From the NCBI GenBank assembly GCA_046313635.1, contig JBKBYA010000001.1, positions 799,481-863,480 on the forward strand: a stretch of 64,000 bases of DNA. Direction: 5' to 3'. Made by a program: the position numbers and the translations under genes. This document shows, one piece after another, positions 30,162 through 39,610 of this stretch; within the stretch, counting starts at the first letter, position 1, and every line of letters starts with the position of its first letter. The stretch comes from Pyrinomonadaceae bacterium. GTDB taxonomy: Bacteria; Acidobacteriota; Blastocatellia; Pyrinomonadales; Pyrinomonadaceae. Below the pieces are notes generated by a model that was not told where the DNA came from, searched no databases, and was given only the letters and a program-made list of their open reading frames with translations.

Positions 30162-30267
30162 CGCAACCTCTGATTTTTGAGTTCAAAAAAGCAAAATCCC
30201 GCACACCGGAAACTGCATGCGGCATCGGCTCAAAACTTGAATTTTGGGATACTTGATTCAAATTCAA

Positions 30268-30296
30268 ATCGTAAGTGAAGCAGGGATGAGTGTCAA
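30268..30296 (-). promoter_or_regulatory. Sigma70 promoter of the nuo operon
   Basis: TTGACA, 17-nt spacer, TACGAT on the minus strand. Confidence 0.7.
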
Positions 30297-30351
30297 GGCA
30301 CTCCCCGACCCGCCGGCGGCGGCTCGGCGAGGGCTCTGAGTGTGAATTTTA

Positions 30352-30381
30352 TTGACCCATATTCCGGCCGTGTGCTAAGTT
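30352..30381 (+). promoter_or_regulatory. Sigma70 promoter of the divergent hypothetical-thiS-thiG unit
   Basis: TTGACC, 18-nt spacer ending in TGc, then TAAGTT. Confidence 0.5.
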
Positions 30382-30442
30382 CGATGGTGGCCGAGCCCTC
30401 ACTTTCCAAGCGGCCTCATCCTCACGCAAAACCTCGATTTTT

Positions 30443-31303
30443 GTGATCACCGGCTTCAATACAGACGTTGAGTTTGACGGCGTGACATATCACGTTCAGA
30501 CCGAGGACAAGGGTCTGCGCACGCCATTCATTCTGTCGCTCGTCTATCACCGCGGCACGATCCTCGCGAGCCGCCGCGTGCCGTACGATGACCTGATCGC
30601 CGACGGTTTTGACGAGGAGGAATTGCAGCGCCGACTGCAGAAGCTGCACAAGACAATTTGCGCGGCGGTAAGTAAGGGCCGTTTGGACGATCTGAAGCGC
30701 ATGAGCGCACGAGAATCTGGCAAGCCGACTTCGGAGCCGGCCGCCGCGGCAAGGGCGGCGGTCGCGACCGAGGCGAGACCGGAGCGCAAGGCACGCGTGA
30801 CGGCCGCTCCGGGCGAGCTGCTCGAGATACCGATCCCGATGCCGCCCGATCCCGATTCGATACCGCGCGTCCCCAACGGACACGGCGGCGGCAGCAGCAG
30901 CTTTTTGTCGCTCGAGATCATCGACGGGCCGCCGATCGTCGCCGAGAGCGTGGTCGAGATCGTGAGCGAGCTTGCGGGCAAGGATCGCCCGGTGAGCGAC
31001 AAATTGAGCGTCGAGCTTGTCGGCGACTCAAAGTTCAGGGCCGGCGAGCGAAAGACGCTGACGATCCTTGTCTGCCGCGGCAGCGGGCATAAGGTCGTGC
31101 CGGACGCCGAGGTGATGGTCAAGGTGATCGGCTCGAGCTTTAGACCGCTGATCAATCATTCGCGGACCGATCGGTCGGGCATCTCGACCGTCGAACTGAC
31201 CATGCCGGAATTTAACGAGGGCCGCGCCGCCGTGATCATACGTGTGATCAGCAAGGGCGAGGAGGTCGAGCTGCGCAAGCCGCTGCTCGAGCGGAACGGG
31301 TAA
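30443..31303 (+). CDS. Conserved hypothetical protein (N-terminal GFNTD...HVQTED domain, linker, Ig-like C-terminal domain)
   Basis: MITGFNTDVEFDGVTYHVQTEDKG; beta-rich C-terminus; GTG start. Confidence 0.8.
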   Translation: MITGFNTDVEFDGVTYHVQTEDKGLRTPFILSLVYHRGTILASRRVPYDDLIADGFDEEELQRRLQKLHKTICAAVSKGRLDDLKRMSARESGKPTSEPAAAARAAVATEARPERKARVTAAPGELLEIPIPMPPDPDSIPRVPNGHGGGSSSFLSLEIIDGPPIVAESVVEIVSELAGKDRPVSDKLSVELVGDSKFRAGERKTLTILVCRGSGHKVVPDAEVMVKVIGSSFRPLINHSRTDRSGISTVELTMPEFNEGRAAVIIRVISKGEEVELRKPLLERNG

Positions 31304-31356
31304 CGATTTGCGAATCGCCGCCGCGATGCGTGACAATCGGTCTTGAACCCGAAACC

Positions 31357-31557
31357 ATGCACGTCACCATCAACGGCGAAAAAAGAGAAGTTCCGGACGG
31401 CGTCGATATGAGCACGCTGCTGGAGCTTTTTTCGCTGCCGTCGCAGCGCGTCGCGGTCGAGCTCAATCGCGAGGTCGTCCGCCGCGCGGATTGGAATGAT
31501 ACGCGTCTGAGCGAGGGCGACCGGATCGAGGTGATCCACTTTGTCGGCGGCGGCTGA
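31357..31557 (+). CDS. thiS: Sulfur carrier protein ThiS
   Basis: VAVELNREVV, GDRIEVIHFVGGG; adjacent to thiG. Confidence 0.95.
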   Translation: MHVTINGEKREVPDGVDMSTLLELFSLPSQRVAVELNREVVRRADWNDTRLSEGDRIEVIHFVGGG

Positions 31558-31581
31558 CATGGTTTTGGCGGGCGGCTTCTT

Positions 31582-32364
31582 ATGTCTTCACATATGTCAG
31601 ACAGTTTTGTTCTGGCCGGCAGGTCATTCGGCTCGCGATTGATCATCGGCACGGGAAAGTACCGTTCGTTCGAGGAGATGAAGGCGGCCCACGCCGCGTC
31701 GGGCGCCGAAATGGTGACGGTCGCGGTCAACCGCGTGCCGCTCGACCGAAAGACCGAGTCGTTCCTTGATCATCTCGACCCGCGGATGCAGATCCTGCCG
31801 AACACGGCGGGCTGCTACGATGCCGATCACGCGATCCGCACGGCGCGTCTCGCGCGCGAGGCGCTCGGTACCGAATGGATCAAGCTCGAGGTCATCGGCG
31901 ATCCCGTGACGCTGCTGCCTGACAACGAGCAGACGCTCGAGGCGGCGAGGGTCTTGGTCAAAGAGGGCTTTATCGTGCTGCCGTACTTTTCGGACGATCT
32001 GATCATGGCAAAGAAGCTGCTCGACGCGGGCTGCCCGGCCGTGATGCCGCTCGCGGCGCCGATCGGTTCGGGACTGGGCGTACAGAATCCGGCTAACCTT
32101 CGCATAATGCGCGAGCAGCTCTTAGACGCAACGATCATCGTCGACGCGGGCGTCGGCGTGCCTTCGGACGCGGCGATCGCGATGGAGCTCGGCGCCGACG
32201 CGATACTGATGAATACGGCCATCGCCGAGGCAGGCGACCCGGCGCGGATGGCCCTCGCGATGAAGCTCGCCGTCGAGGCCGGGCGGCTTGCATATCTCTC
32301 AGGCCGTATGCCCAAGCGTCTCTACGCCTCGGCCTCGAGCCCGATCCAGGGCGCGATCAAATAG
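31582..32364 (+). CDS. thiG: Thiazole synthase
   Basis: [39 protein letters not shown]. Confidence 0.97.
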   Translation: MSSHMSDSFVLAGRSFGSRLIIGTGKYRSFEEMKAAHAASGAEMVTVAVNRVPLDRKTESFLDHLDPRMQILPNTAGCYDADHAIRTARLAREALGTEWIKLEVIGDPVTLLPDNEQTLEAARVLVKEGFIVLPYFSDDLIMAKKLLDAGCPAVMPLAAPIGSGLGVQNPANLRIMREQLLDATIIVDAGVGVPSDAAIAMELGADAILMNTAIAEAGDPARMALAMKLAVEAGRLAYLSGRMPKRLYASASSPIQGAIK

Positions 32365-32371
32365 CGCGAGC

Positions 32372-33094
32372 TTAAAATTCGAATTCCGCGACGATCGGCA
32401 GATGATCCGATGCGACCAGCGCGGCCCGGCTCCTGTGCACGGCCGCGCTTTTTAGCCTGAAGCGGTCGTCAAAATAGATGTGGTCGAGATGGACGACCGG
32501 CAAAATGCCTGGAAACGTTCGCCGCGTGCCCAGATCGAGTGCCGGATCGACGCTGCGAAACCGCGAGCGAAACAGCCTCGTCGTCACGCCCGCCGTCCAC
32601 TCGTTAAAGTCGCCGGCCACGATGCGCGCGCCGCGGAGTTCGGGCTGTTCGAGGACATGCGCGGCCAGTATCTTGTGGACCTGCTTGCGGCGCTCAAAGA
32701 ACGACGTGCCCATGTGGAGGTTTGCAAAATGAAGCCGCTCGCCGGCCCGCGGCTCGATCTCGGTCCAGAGGCAGCCGCGCGGCTCGCGCCGCTCTACCGT
32801 GATGTCAAAGTTGCACCATCCCGTGACCGGAAAGCGGCTCAGCGTCGCGTTGCCGTAATCGCCGCCGCGATGCTTGCGGTTCTCGCCCAGGCAAAAGTTC
32901 ATCTCCAGACGGTCCGCCAAAAATGCAGCCTGGTCGTCACGGGCAAAAGAGTTCGAGTGACAGACGACCTCCTGCAGCGCGATGACGTCGGCATCGATCT
33001 CGAGCAGGACGTCGGCGATCCGTTCGGGCGAGTAGCGCCGGTCGATGCCGACGCATTTGTGGATGTTGTAGGTCGCGATGCGGATCGAGGACAT
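32372..33094 (-). CDS. Endonuclease/exonuclease/phosphatase family protein (YbhP-like)
   Basis: TYNIHK, ALQEV, GNATLSR, GDFNEW, LDHIY, ASDHLP. Confidence 0.92.
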   Translation of the reverse strand: MSSIRIATYNIHKCVGIDRRYSPERIADVLLEIDADVIALQEVVCHSNSFARDDQAAFLADRLEMNFCLGENRKHRGGDYGNATLSRFPVTGWCNFDITVERREPRGCLWTEIEPRAGERLHFANLHMGTSFFERRKQVHKILAAHVLEQPELRGARIVAGDFNEWTAGVTTRLFRSRFRSVDPALDLGTRRTFPGILPVVHLDHIYFDDRFRLKSAAVHRSRAALVASDHLPIVAEFEF

Positions 33095-34590
33095 CAGTTG
33101 TTGCGGTAATTCTGCACGGCCTTGATCAGCGTCGGTATCGCCAGCAGCAACAGCAGCACGACGACCGTGTAGGCCGCCCCGCGCGGGAAAAAGACAAACA
33201 GGACGGCGAGCATCAGCAGCGCCGTGCCGGCGATAAAGAGCAGCCGCGACTCGGCCGGCCCGAGCTGCGAGCGGTTGGCGAGCGCGGTGCTGATCGACGT
33301 CGCGGCGTTGAGCGCTCCGGCCGTCGCCTTTCGCATGCTGCCGTTGCCGCGCCGGATGCGCCGCCGGCGCCGTTGGCCGCGGCGGGCAGGCTTCGCCTTT
33401 CGCGGCACCTTTTTGGGCTCGACATCGGCGAGGACGATCTCGGTCGAATTCGCCATGTCTATCTCAAATTGCTCTTCCATCCGGTAGGCAAATTCGTCGT
33501 CCTCGACCAGCACGTCGAGCTCGTAATTTCCAAACCAGCTAACGACATTCAGATTTGTCGAGCCGACACGCGAAAAGCGGCCGTCAAAGACCGCGGTCTT
33601 GGCGTGCATCATCGGGCCGTTCCATTCAAAGACGCGAATGCCGGCCTCGAGCAGCGGCCTGTATGTCGAGCGTGTCGTCTCGCGGATGATGCCGATGTCG
33701 GTCGACTGCGGCACGAGAATGCGGACGTCGACGCCGTCGGCCGCAGCGTCCTTGAGCGCCTGCAGGTATGACGGTATGCCGACAAAATACGCGTCGGTCA
33801 GCCACATCCTTTCGCGCGCCGCGACGGCGAGCAGCTGATCGGTCCGGTAAAGATGCGCCGTTCCGGGCACGCTCTGCACGACGCGCAGGGCGACCGTGCC
33901 GGCCGGCCCGATCTCGTCGCGCCGGGTGAGCGAGGCCTGATCGAGAGGCGAGCCCATCGTCGCCCAGACCTCGGCAAACGCCGCCTCGACGTCGGCCACG
34001 GCCGGGCCTGTGATCTTGACGCCGGTATCGCGCCAAGGCGGGATGTCGCGGTCGGGCCGGCCGACCCATTCCTGGCCGACGCATAGGCCGCCGACGAATG
34101 CGACGCGGCCGTCGACGACGATCGTCTTGCGGTGGTCGCGGCTAAAGAAGGCGAGCGGGTCGAGCAGGCGCGGCGGGTTGTAGCAACGCACGTCGACGCC
34201 GCCGCGGCGCATTCGCCGCCAAAATGATCGCGACGCGTTGCCGAGGCCGCCGAGCCAGTCGTAGATGAGCTTTACCTCGACGCCCTCCCGAGCTTTTTCG
34301 ATCAAAGCCTCGGCAAAGATCTCGCCCTGCTCGTCCTCGTGGATGATGTACGACTCGAAGAGGATCCGGCGCTCGGCCGACCGGATCGCCGCGAGCCATT
34401 CGGGATAGTTCTCGGTCGCGTCGATGAGCAGCCGCACGTCGTTGCCCCGGACGAGCTCGGCCCCGGTGACGCGATCGAATGAATCGCTTATAAAATCGGC
34501 GTCGAGCGGCGGCAGAACGGAGCCGGCGGCTCCGGGGATTTTTGAGTATTTCCGTCTGGGGACGGCGGTATCGGCGGCACGCGAGGCCAT
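33094..34590 (-). CDS. cls: Cardiolipin synthase (ClsB/YbhO-like PLD family)
   Basis: Two HKD motifs, DHRKTIVVDG and MHAKTAVFDG; start at MASRAAD downstream of TATAAT. Confidence 0.9.
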   Translation of the reverse strand: MASRAADTAVPRRKYSKIPGAAGSVLPPLDADFISDSFDRVTGAELVRGNDVRLLIDATENYPEWLAAIRSAERRILFESYIIHEDEQGEIFAEALIEKAREGVEVKLIYDWLGGLGNASRSFWRRMRRGGVDVRCYNPPRLLDPLAFFSRDHRKTIVVDGRVAFVGGLCVGQEWVGRPDRDIPPWRDTGVKITGPAVADVEAAFAEVWATMGSPLDQASLTRRDEIGPAGTVALRVVQSVPGTAHLYRTDQLLAVAARERMWLTDAYFVGIPSYLQALKDAAADGVDVRILVPQSTDIGIIRETTRSTYRPLLEAGIRVFEWNGPMMHAKTAVFDGRFSRVGSTNLNVVSWFGNYELDVLVEDDEFAYRMEEQFEIDMANSTEIVLADVEPKKVPRKAKPARRGQRRRRRIRRGNGSMRKATAGALNAATSISTALANRSQLGPAESRLLFIAGTALLMLAVLFVFFPRGAAYTVVVLLLLLAIPTLIKAVQNYRNN

Positions 34591-34651
34591 AATTACAGTT
34601 GAATTATACAGTCCGCAATAATTTTGACAGAATGGTTCTCGGTTTGCGGTC

Positions 34652-34891
34652 ATGAAAGTGAAGGTCCTGTTTTTTGGAGCGACGGCCGACGCGGCCGGGA
34701 GGCGTTCGATCGAGATCGACGTGCCCGAGGCGTCGACGAGCGGCAGCGCGTTTGAACGCGTCGTCGGACAATATCCTGCGCTCGCGTCGCACAAACTGCT
34801 TTTTTCGGTAAATCAGGAATACGCCGCGGGCGACGAGACGTTACGACCCGGCGACGAACTCGCCGTCTTTACCGCGGTCTCGGGCGGCTGA
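34652..34891 (+). CDS. moaD: Molybdopterin synthase sulfur carrier subunit
   Basis: VKVLFFG, SVNQEYA, GDELAVFTAVSGG. Confidence 0.93.
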   Translation: MKVKVLFFGATADAAGRRSIEIDVPEASTSGSAFERVVGQYPALASHKLLFSVNQEYAAGDETLRPGDELAVFTAVSGG

Positions 34892-34904
34892 ACGCTTTGA
34901 AGCG

Positions 34905-35324
34905 ATGGATTTTTTTGAACTGACCACGCAGCCTATCTCCGTCGAGTCGGTCGCGCGGCGCGTCGTGTCCGAGGAGTGCGGAGCGACCGTCACGCTCGAC
35001 GGCTACGTTCGGCGTTTCACGCGTGGGCGCGAGACGCTGCATCTCGTCTACGAAGCGTACGAGCCGATGGCTCTCAAGGAACTCGAGAAGCTCGTGCGCG
35101 CGGCGCACGCGCGGTTCGAGATCTCGTCGGTCGGCATCGCGCACCGTCTGGGCCGGCTCGAGATCGGCGAGACGAGCGTCGTCATCTCGGTCGCCGCGCC
35201 GCATCGCCGTGCGGCCTTCGAGGCGTGCGAGTGGATCATCCGCGAGCTCAAGCGCACGGTGCCGATCTGGAAAAAAGAGGTCTACGCCGACGGCGAGAAC
35301 TGGGTCGAGGGCGAAGCCGTGTGA
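34905..35324 (+). CDS. moaE: Molybdopterin synthase catalytic subunit
   Basis: YEAYEPMA, HRLGRLEIGE, APHR, LKRTVPIWKKE. Confidence 0.96.
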   Translation: MDFFELTTQPISVESVARRVVSEECGATVTLDGYVRRFTRGRETLHLVYEAYEPMALKELEKLVRAAHARFEISSVGIAHRLGRLEIGETSVVISVAAPHRRAAFEACEWIIRELKRTVPIWKKEVYADGENWVEGEAV

Positions 35325-35478
35325 GCCCGCCGCCGAGGCTCGCAAGACGGCCTCGCGCACGGCTTGCTCGCCGCCGCCGCATCGAATAAGATTCTCGCTT
35401 CCTGACAGCCCCTTTTTACTTTAGGCCCCGATCAGCAAGGTTTTTGCAGCTCGAGCATTCGAGCTCTGAGAGAACGTT

Positions 35479-38400
35479 ATGCACAAAATTTCAACCGTCA
35501 TTCTCACGCTTTTATTACTGGCCGCGTCGGCGCTCGCGCAGTCGCAGTCGACAACCGGAAATATCGAAGGCCGCATCACCGACCCGAACGGTGCGGGCGT
35601 GCCCAACGCGACCGTCACCGCGACCAATCAGGACACCGGATTCGGCAAGTCGGTGCAGTCCGACTCCGAGGGCAACTACACGATCGTGCTGCTGCCGCCG
35701 GGCAGATACACGGTCGAGGTGCCGTCGGGCCAGGGCTTTGCACCGGCCAAGTACGAGAACGTATTGGTGACCGTCGGCGCCAAGACCAACGTCGCCATCG
35801 CGCTGACGATCGGCTCGACGGCCAACGTCGTTGACGTCATCGCCGAGGGCCAAGGCGTCGAGACGACCCGCACGTCGATCTCGTCCACCGTCGACGAGCG
35901 CCGCGTCATTAACCTGCCGACCAACGGCCGCAACTTTTTGGATTTCGTGACGCTGACGCCCGGCATCAATCGCGACCCGACGCGTGCAGGCGACCTCGCT
36001 GTCGGCGGTCAAAAGGGAACGCTCAATTCCGTGCAGATCGACGGCGCGTCGAGCGACAACACCTTTTTTGGCCAGTCGACCGGCCGCGTCGGCTCGGGCC
36101 GCGCTCCGTCGCAGTTCTCGGTCGATACGGTCAAGGAATTTCAGGTCAACCAAAACGGCTTCTCGGCCGAGTTCGGCCGTGCGGCCGGAGCGGTGATCAA
36201 CGTCGTGACCAAGTCTGGAACTAACAAGTTCACGGGCAGCGCCTTCGAGTATCTTCGCGACGAGTCGCTGAACGCAAAGAACCCGTCCTTCACGCCCGCG
36301 CGTCCCAAGCCTTTCGGGCAGATCAACCAGTTCGGCGGCACCTTTGGCGGGCCGTTCAAAAAGGACAAGGCATTCTTTTTCGTCGCCTACGAAGGCCAGC
36401 GCTCGGACCTGCCCAATCCGGTCATTCTCAACTCGCTCTCGACCGCTCCGGCGGCCGTCCGGACGTTTCTGCAGCCGAAGGTCGCGTCCTACAACATCGA
36501 CCGCGTGCAGGACACCTTCCTGGCAAAGACAGACTTTAATATCGACGCGAACAACCAGGTCTGGGTGCGCTTTAACCAGCAGAATTTCAAGGGCACCAAT
36601 CTCGAAAACTCGGGCACGCTCAGCGCCGAGGAGCACACCGGCAACAGCAACGTAAAGACCTCGACCTTGACCGCCAACTGGACGCACACGATCTCGGCAA
36701 AATGGTTCAACGAATTTCGCTTCCAGTACTCGCGCGATCGGCAGCCGGGCCTCGCCAACTCGAATGATCCCGAGACCAACATCACGGTCTCCGAGGGTAC
36801 ATTCGCCTTCGGCCGCAATAACTTCAGCCCTCGCGAGACGACGATCAATCGATTGCAGTTCATCGACAACCAGACCGTGATCGCCGGCGACCACACGATC
36901 AAGTACGGCGCCGACCTGCTGTTTGACCGGATATTCAATTTTTTCCCGGGCCTGTTCGGCGGCTCGTACACGTTCTCGAGCTACGCGGCATTTGACGCAA
37001 GGACGCCGTCGCGGTACCGCCAGAGCTTTGCGGGCCAGGGCACGACTGGCGCCGAGACGCATCCCGACAACAAGGAGTACGGGTTCTTCATTCAGGACGA
37101 TTGGCGCGCGACCCCGAAGCTCACGGTCAACGCCGGCCTCCGCTACGACTATCAGGTCATAGCCAAGCCGCCGATCCAGAACACAAATGCGGCGCTGCTC
37201 GCCGCCGGATTTGATACGAGCTTTCAGCCGAAGGACAAGAACAACTTCGGCCCGCGATTCGGGCTCAGCTATGCGTTTAACGAGCGAACGGTCGTCCGCG
37301 GCGGATACGGCATCTTTTACGGCCGCACGCCGGCGATAATGACCGGCACGGCACACTCGCAAAACGGCATACAGGTCGTCGCGATCGACATCAACTGCAC
37401 GGCCACGCCGACGCTCTGCCCGACGTATCCGAACGTCTTCTCATCGATCCCGACCAATGTCGCGGCCGTCACGCCGAACCTGTATCTGTTTGCACGCGGC
37501 TACAAGCAGCCCTTTACGCACCAGGCCCGCGCGCAGTTCGAGCGTGAGCTGTGGAAGAATACGGTCTTTTCGGTCCAGTACACGCTGTTTCGCGGCCAGG
37601 ACCTCACCCGCACGCGCAACGCGAACCTGAGCGCTCCGGTGCCGACGACATATACGGTCTACGTCAACGGCGTCGCGACAGGCGAGTCGTACACCTTCCA
37701 ACGCTTCTCGAATCCGCGGCCGATACCGCAGTTTCAGCGGATCAGCCTGTTTGAGAGCGCGGCGAAGTCGTTCTACCAGGGTCTCACTTTCGAGTTCAAC
37801 CGACGCTTTGCCGATCGATGGCAGTTCACGTCTAACTACACGCTGTCAAAGGCCAAGGACAACAAGCCCGATCAAACGTCGGTCGTCGTCGGCGGCGGCG
37901 ACGACGCCAAGATCGCGCAGAACCAGTTTGACCTCTCCGGCGAATACGGCCGCTCGGACCTCGACATACGTCATCGATGGGTCTCGAGCCTCGTTTACGA
38001 GACAGGCAGATTCAAGTACTCGGACAGCAAAGTGCTGCGTGCATTGCTCAGCGATTATGTCGTGACCGGCATCTTCACGGCGCAGTCCGGGATCGCGTAC
38101 TCCGCGGTCGTGACCGGCGATCCGAACGGCGACGGCAACACGTCGAACGATCGGCTGCCCGGCACGGCGCGCAATCAGTATTCGACCCCGGCTTCGTACA
38201 TCGTCGATATGCGTCTCGGCCGCATCCTGCGGTTTGGCGAGCGTTACCGCGTGTCGCTTTTTGCCGAGGGCTTTAACATCTTTAACCGGCCAAACGTCTT
38301 TGCGGTCAATTCGACCGTATACTCTCTCGCGTCGGCGAGCGGTTCGCTGCCGGTACGGCTCGTGCCGCCGGCCGCGACGGCTCCCTTCCGATCACCGAGG

Positions 38401-38484
38401 CAGTTCTTTTCTGCTTCGCCGTCGTTCACATTCAACTCGAGCTACAACCGCGAATTCCAGCTCGGTATCAGATTCGATTTTTGA
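35479..38484 (+). CDS. Oar-type TonB-dependent receptor with carboxypeptidase-regulatory-like N-terminal domain
   Basis: Signal peptide; GRITDPNGAGVPNATVT; LPTNGRNF; FSAEFGRAAGAVINVVTKSGTN; C-terminal QLGIRFDF. Confidence 0.93.
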   Translation: MHKISTVILTLLLLAASALAQSQSTTGNIEGRITDPNGAGVPNATVTATNQDTGFGKSVQSDSEGNYTIVLLPPGRYTVEVPSGQGFAPAKYENVLVTVGAKTNVAIALTIGSTANVVDVIAEGQGVETTRTSISSTVDERRVINLPTNGRNFLDFVTLTPGINRDPTRAGDLAVGGQKGTLNSVQIDGASSDNTFFGQSTGRVGSGRAPSQFSVDTVKEFQVNQNGFSAEFGRAAGAVINVVTKSGTNKFTGSAFEYLRDESLNAKNPSFTPARPKPFGQINQFGGTFGGPFKKDKAFFFVAYEGQRSDLPNPVILNSLSTAPAAVRTFLQPKVASYNIDRVQDTFLAKTDFNIDANNQVWVRFNQQNFKGTNLENSGTLSAEEHTGNSNVKTSTLTANWTHTISAKWFNEFRFQYSRDRQPGLANSNDPETNITVSEGTFAFGRNNFSPRETTINRLQFIDNQTVIAGDHTIKYGADLLFDRIFNFFPGLFGGSYTFSSYAAFDARTPSRYRQSFAGQGTTGAETHPDNKEYGFFIQDDWRATPKLTVNAGLRYDYQVIAKPPIQNTNAALLAAGFDTSFQPKDKNNFGPRFGLSYAFNERTVVRGGYGIFYGRTPAIMTGTAHSQNGIQVVAIDINCTATPTLCPTYPNVFSSIPTNVAAVTPNLYLFARGYKQPFTHQARAQFERELWKNTVFSVQYTLFRGQDLTRTRNANLSAPVPTTYTVYVNGVATGESYTFQRFSNPRPIPQFQRISLFESAAKSFYQGLTFEFNRRFADRWQFTSNYTLSKAKDNKPDQTSVVVGGGDDAKIAQNQFDLSGEYGRSDLDIRHRWVSSLVYETGRFKYSDSKVLRALLSDYVVTGIFTAQSGIAYSAVVTGDPNGDGNTSNDRLPGTARNQYSTPASYIVDMRLGRILRFGERYRVSLFAEGFNIFNRPNVFAVNSTVYSLASASGSLPVRLVPPAATAPFRSPRQFFSASPSFTFNSSYNREFQLGIRFDF

Positions 38485-38509
38485 TGCCGGCGAGAGCTCA
38501 TTGACCGTG

Positions 38510-38544
38510 AGGCGGCAGCATCCGTTGCGGAGCTGCCGCCTTTT
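38510..38544 (+). terminator. Terminator downstream of the TonB-dependent receptor
   Basis: GGCGGCAGC/GCTGCCGCC stem followed by TTTT. Confidence 0.65.
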
Positions 38545-38579
38545 CGATCACCGAAAAGCCAAACAGGAGCAGCAGATCT

Positions 38580-38978
38580 ATGTCGCAAACGAATCTTGAA
38601 CTGATCAGAGGAATGTACGAGGCCTTTGCCGCCGGCGACGTGCCGACTGTGCTGGGTTTGATGGACGAGAAGATCGATTGGCGCGAGGCCGACAATTTTC
38701 TCTACGCCGACGGCAATCCTTATGTCGGCCCGCAGGCCGTGCTCGAAGGGGTCTTTATGCGACTCGCGAACGACTGGGACGACTTCGCCGTGCAGCCTGA
38801 AGAGTGGTTCGACGCAGGCGATACGATCGTCGTCTGCGGTCACTACACGGGGACAAGCAAAGCGACGGGCCGCTCGGTCCGTGCGCAGTTTGCCCACGTT
38901 TGGACAATGCAGAACGGCAAGGTCGTCCGGTTTCGGCAATACACCGATACCAGGCAGTGGGCCGACGCGGCGGCCTGA
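38580..38978 (+). CDS. SnoaL-like/NTF2-family protein
   Basis: YEAFAAGD, GPQAV, FAHVWT, VVRFRQYTDT. Confidence 0.9.
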   Translation: MSQTNLELIRGMYEAFAAGDVPTVLGLMDEKIDWREADNFLYADGNPYVGPQAVLEGVFMRLANDWDDFAVQPEEWFDAGDTIVVCGHYTGTSKATGRSVRAQFAHVWTMQNGKVVRFRQYTDTRQWADAAA

Positions 38979-38985
38979 GGGCCCG

Positions 38986-39525
38986 TCAGCCGATCGCTTT
39001 TCTCGCGGCGCGTGCGGCCTCGTCGAATTTGGCCTCGAGGCCGGCATTCGATCCTCTCAGGCCGGCAACGACGCGCTCGCCCCAATCGATGTACTGGCGC
39101 CGGCGCTCGTCTGACCAGTCCGACGGCGGACGTTCGGTGATGTCGACGATGTTGCTGATCTTGTCGCCGAGCTTGATCGTCTTTGCCCCGGGCGAAAGGT
39201 GCGGTGCGTGCTCGACCTGCAGGTCCTTGCGGCGCTGCTTCGGGAGCGATTTGTCGTCGGTGACCTCGAGCACGAGATCGCGGACGCGCTCGCCGAATCG
39301 TTCGGCAAGCTCCTCGGGCTTTGTCGCCGTGTCCTCGAGAGTGTCGTGCAGGATCGCGGCGATGAGCACGTCGATGTCGGTGACGCCGCCGATATTCGCG
39401 AGCAGACTCGCTACTTCGAGCGGATGATTGATGTATGGTTCCTGTGATCGGCCTTTGCGGTGCTGGCCGGTGTGACGCTTGGCGGCAAACGATGCCGCCT
39501 CGAGTAGTTTGGCTAGAGTGTTCAT
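38986..39525 (-). CDS. HD-domain small alarmone hydrolase (MESH1-like)
   Basis: H.GQ.RK, EPYINHP, AAILHDTLEDT, VTDDKS, KLGDKISN. Confidence 0.88.
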   Translation of the reverse strand: MNTLAKLLEAASFAAKRHTGQHRKGRSQEPYINHPLEVASLLANIGGVTDIDVLIAAILHDTLEDTATKPEELAERFGERVRDLVLEVTDDKSLPKQRRKDLQVEHAPHLSPGAKTIKLGDKISNIVDITERPPSDWSDERRRQYIDWGERVVAGLRGSNAGLEAKFDEAARAARKAIG

Positions 39526-39547
39526 ATTCCAGTCTGCCGATGGATGC

Positions 39548-39583
39548 AAAAAAGGTCAACGCCCGCAGGTGTTGACCTTTTTT
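39548..39583. terminator. Bidirectional terminator downstream of the SpoIVB-like gene
   Basis: AAAAAAGGTCAAC/GTTGACCTTTTTT. Confidence 0.75.
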
Positions 39584-39610
39584 CCTGAATAGCGCGGGCC
39601 TCTGCCGCGA

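Noticed and set aside
30162..31356. TPP riboswitch upstream of thiS/thiG, and FNR/Rex boxes at the nuo promoter
   Set aside because: No CTGAGA...CCTGA core; TTGAT-N4-ATTCA and TGTGAA-N5-TTGAC only partly match the consensus sequences
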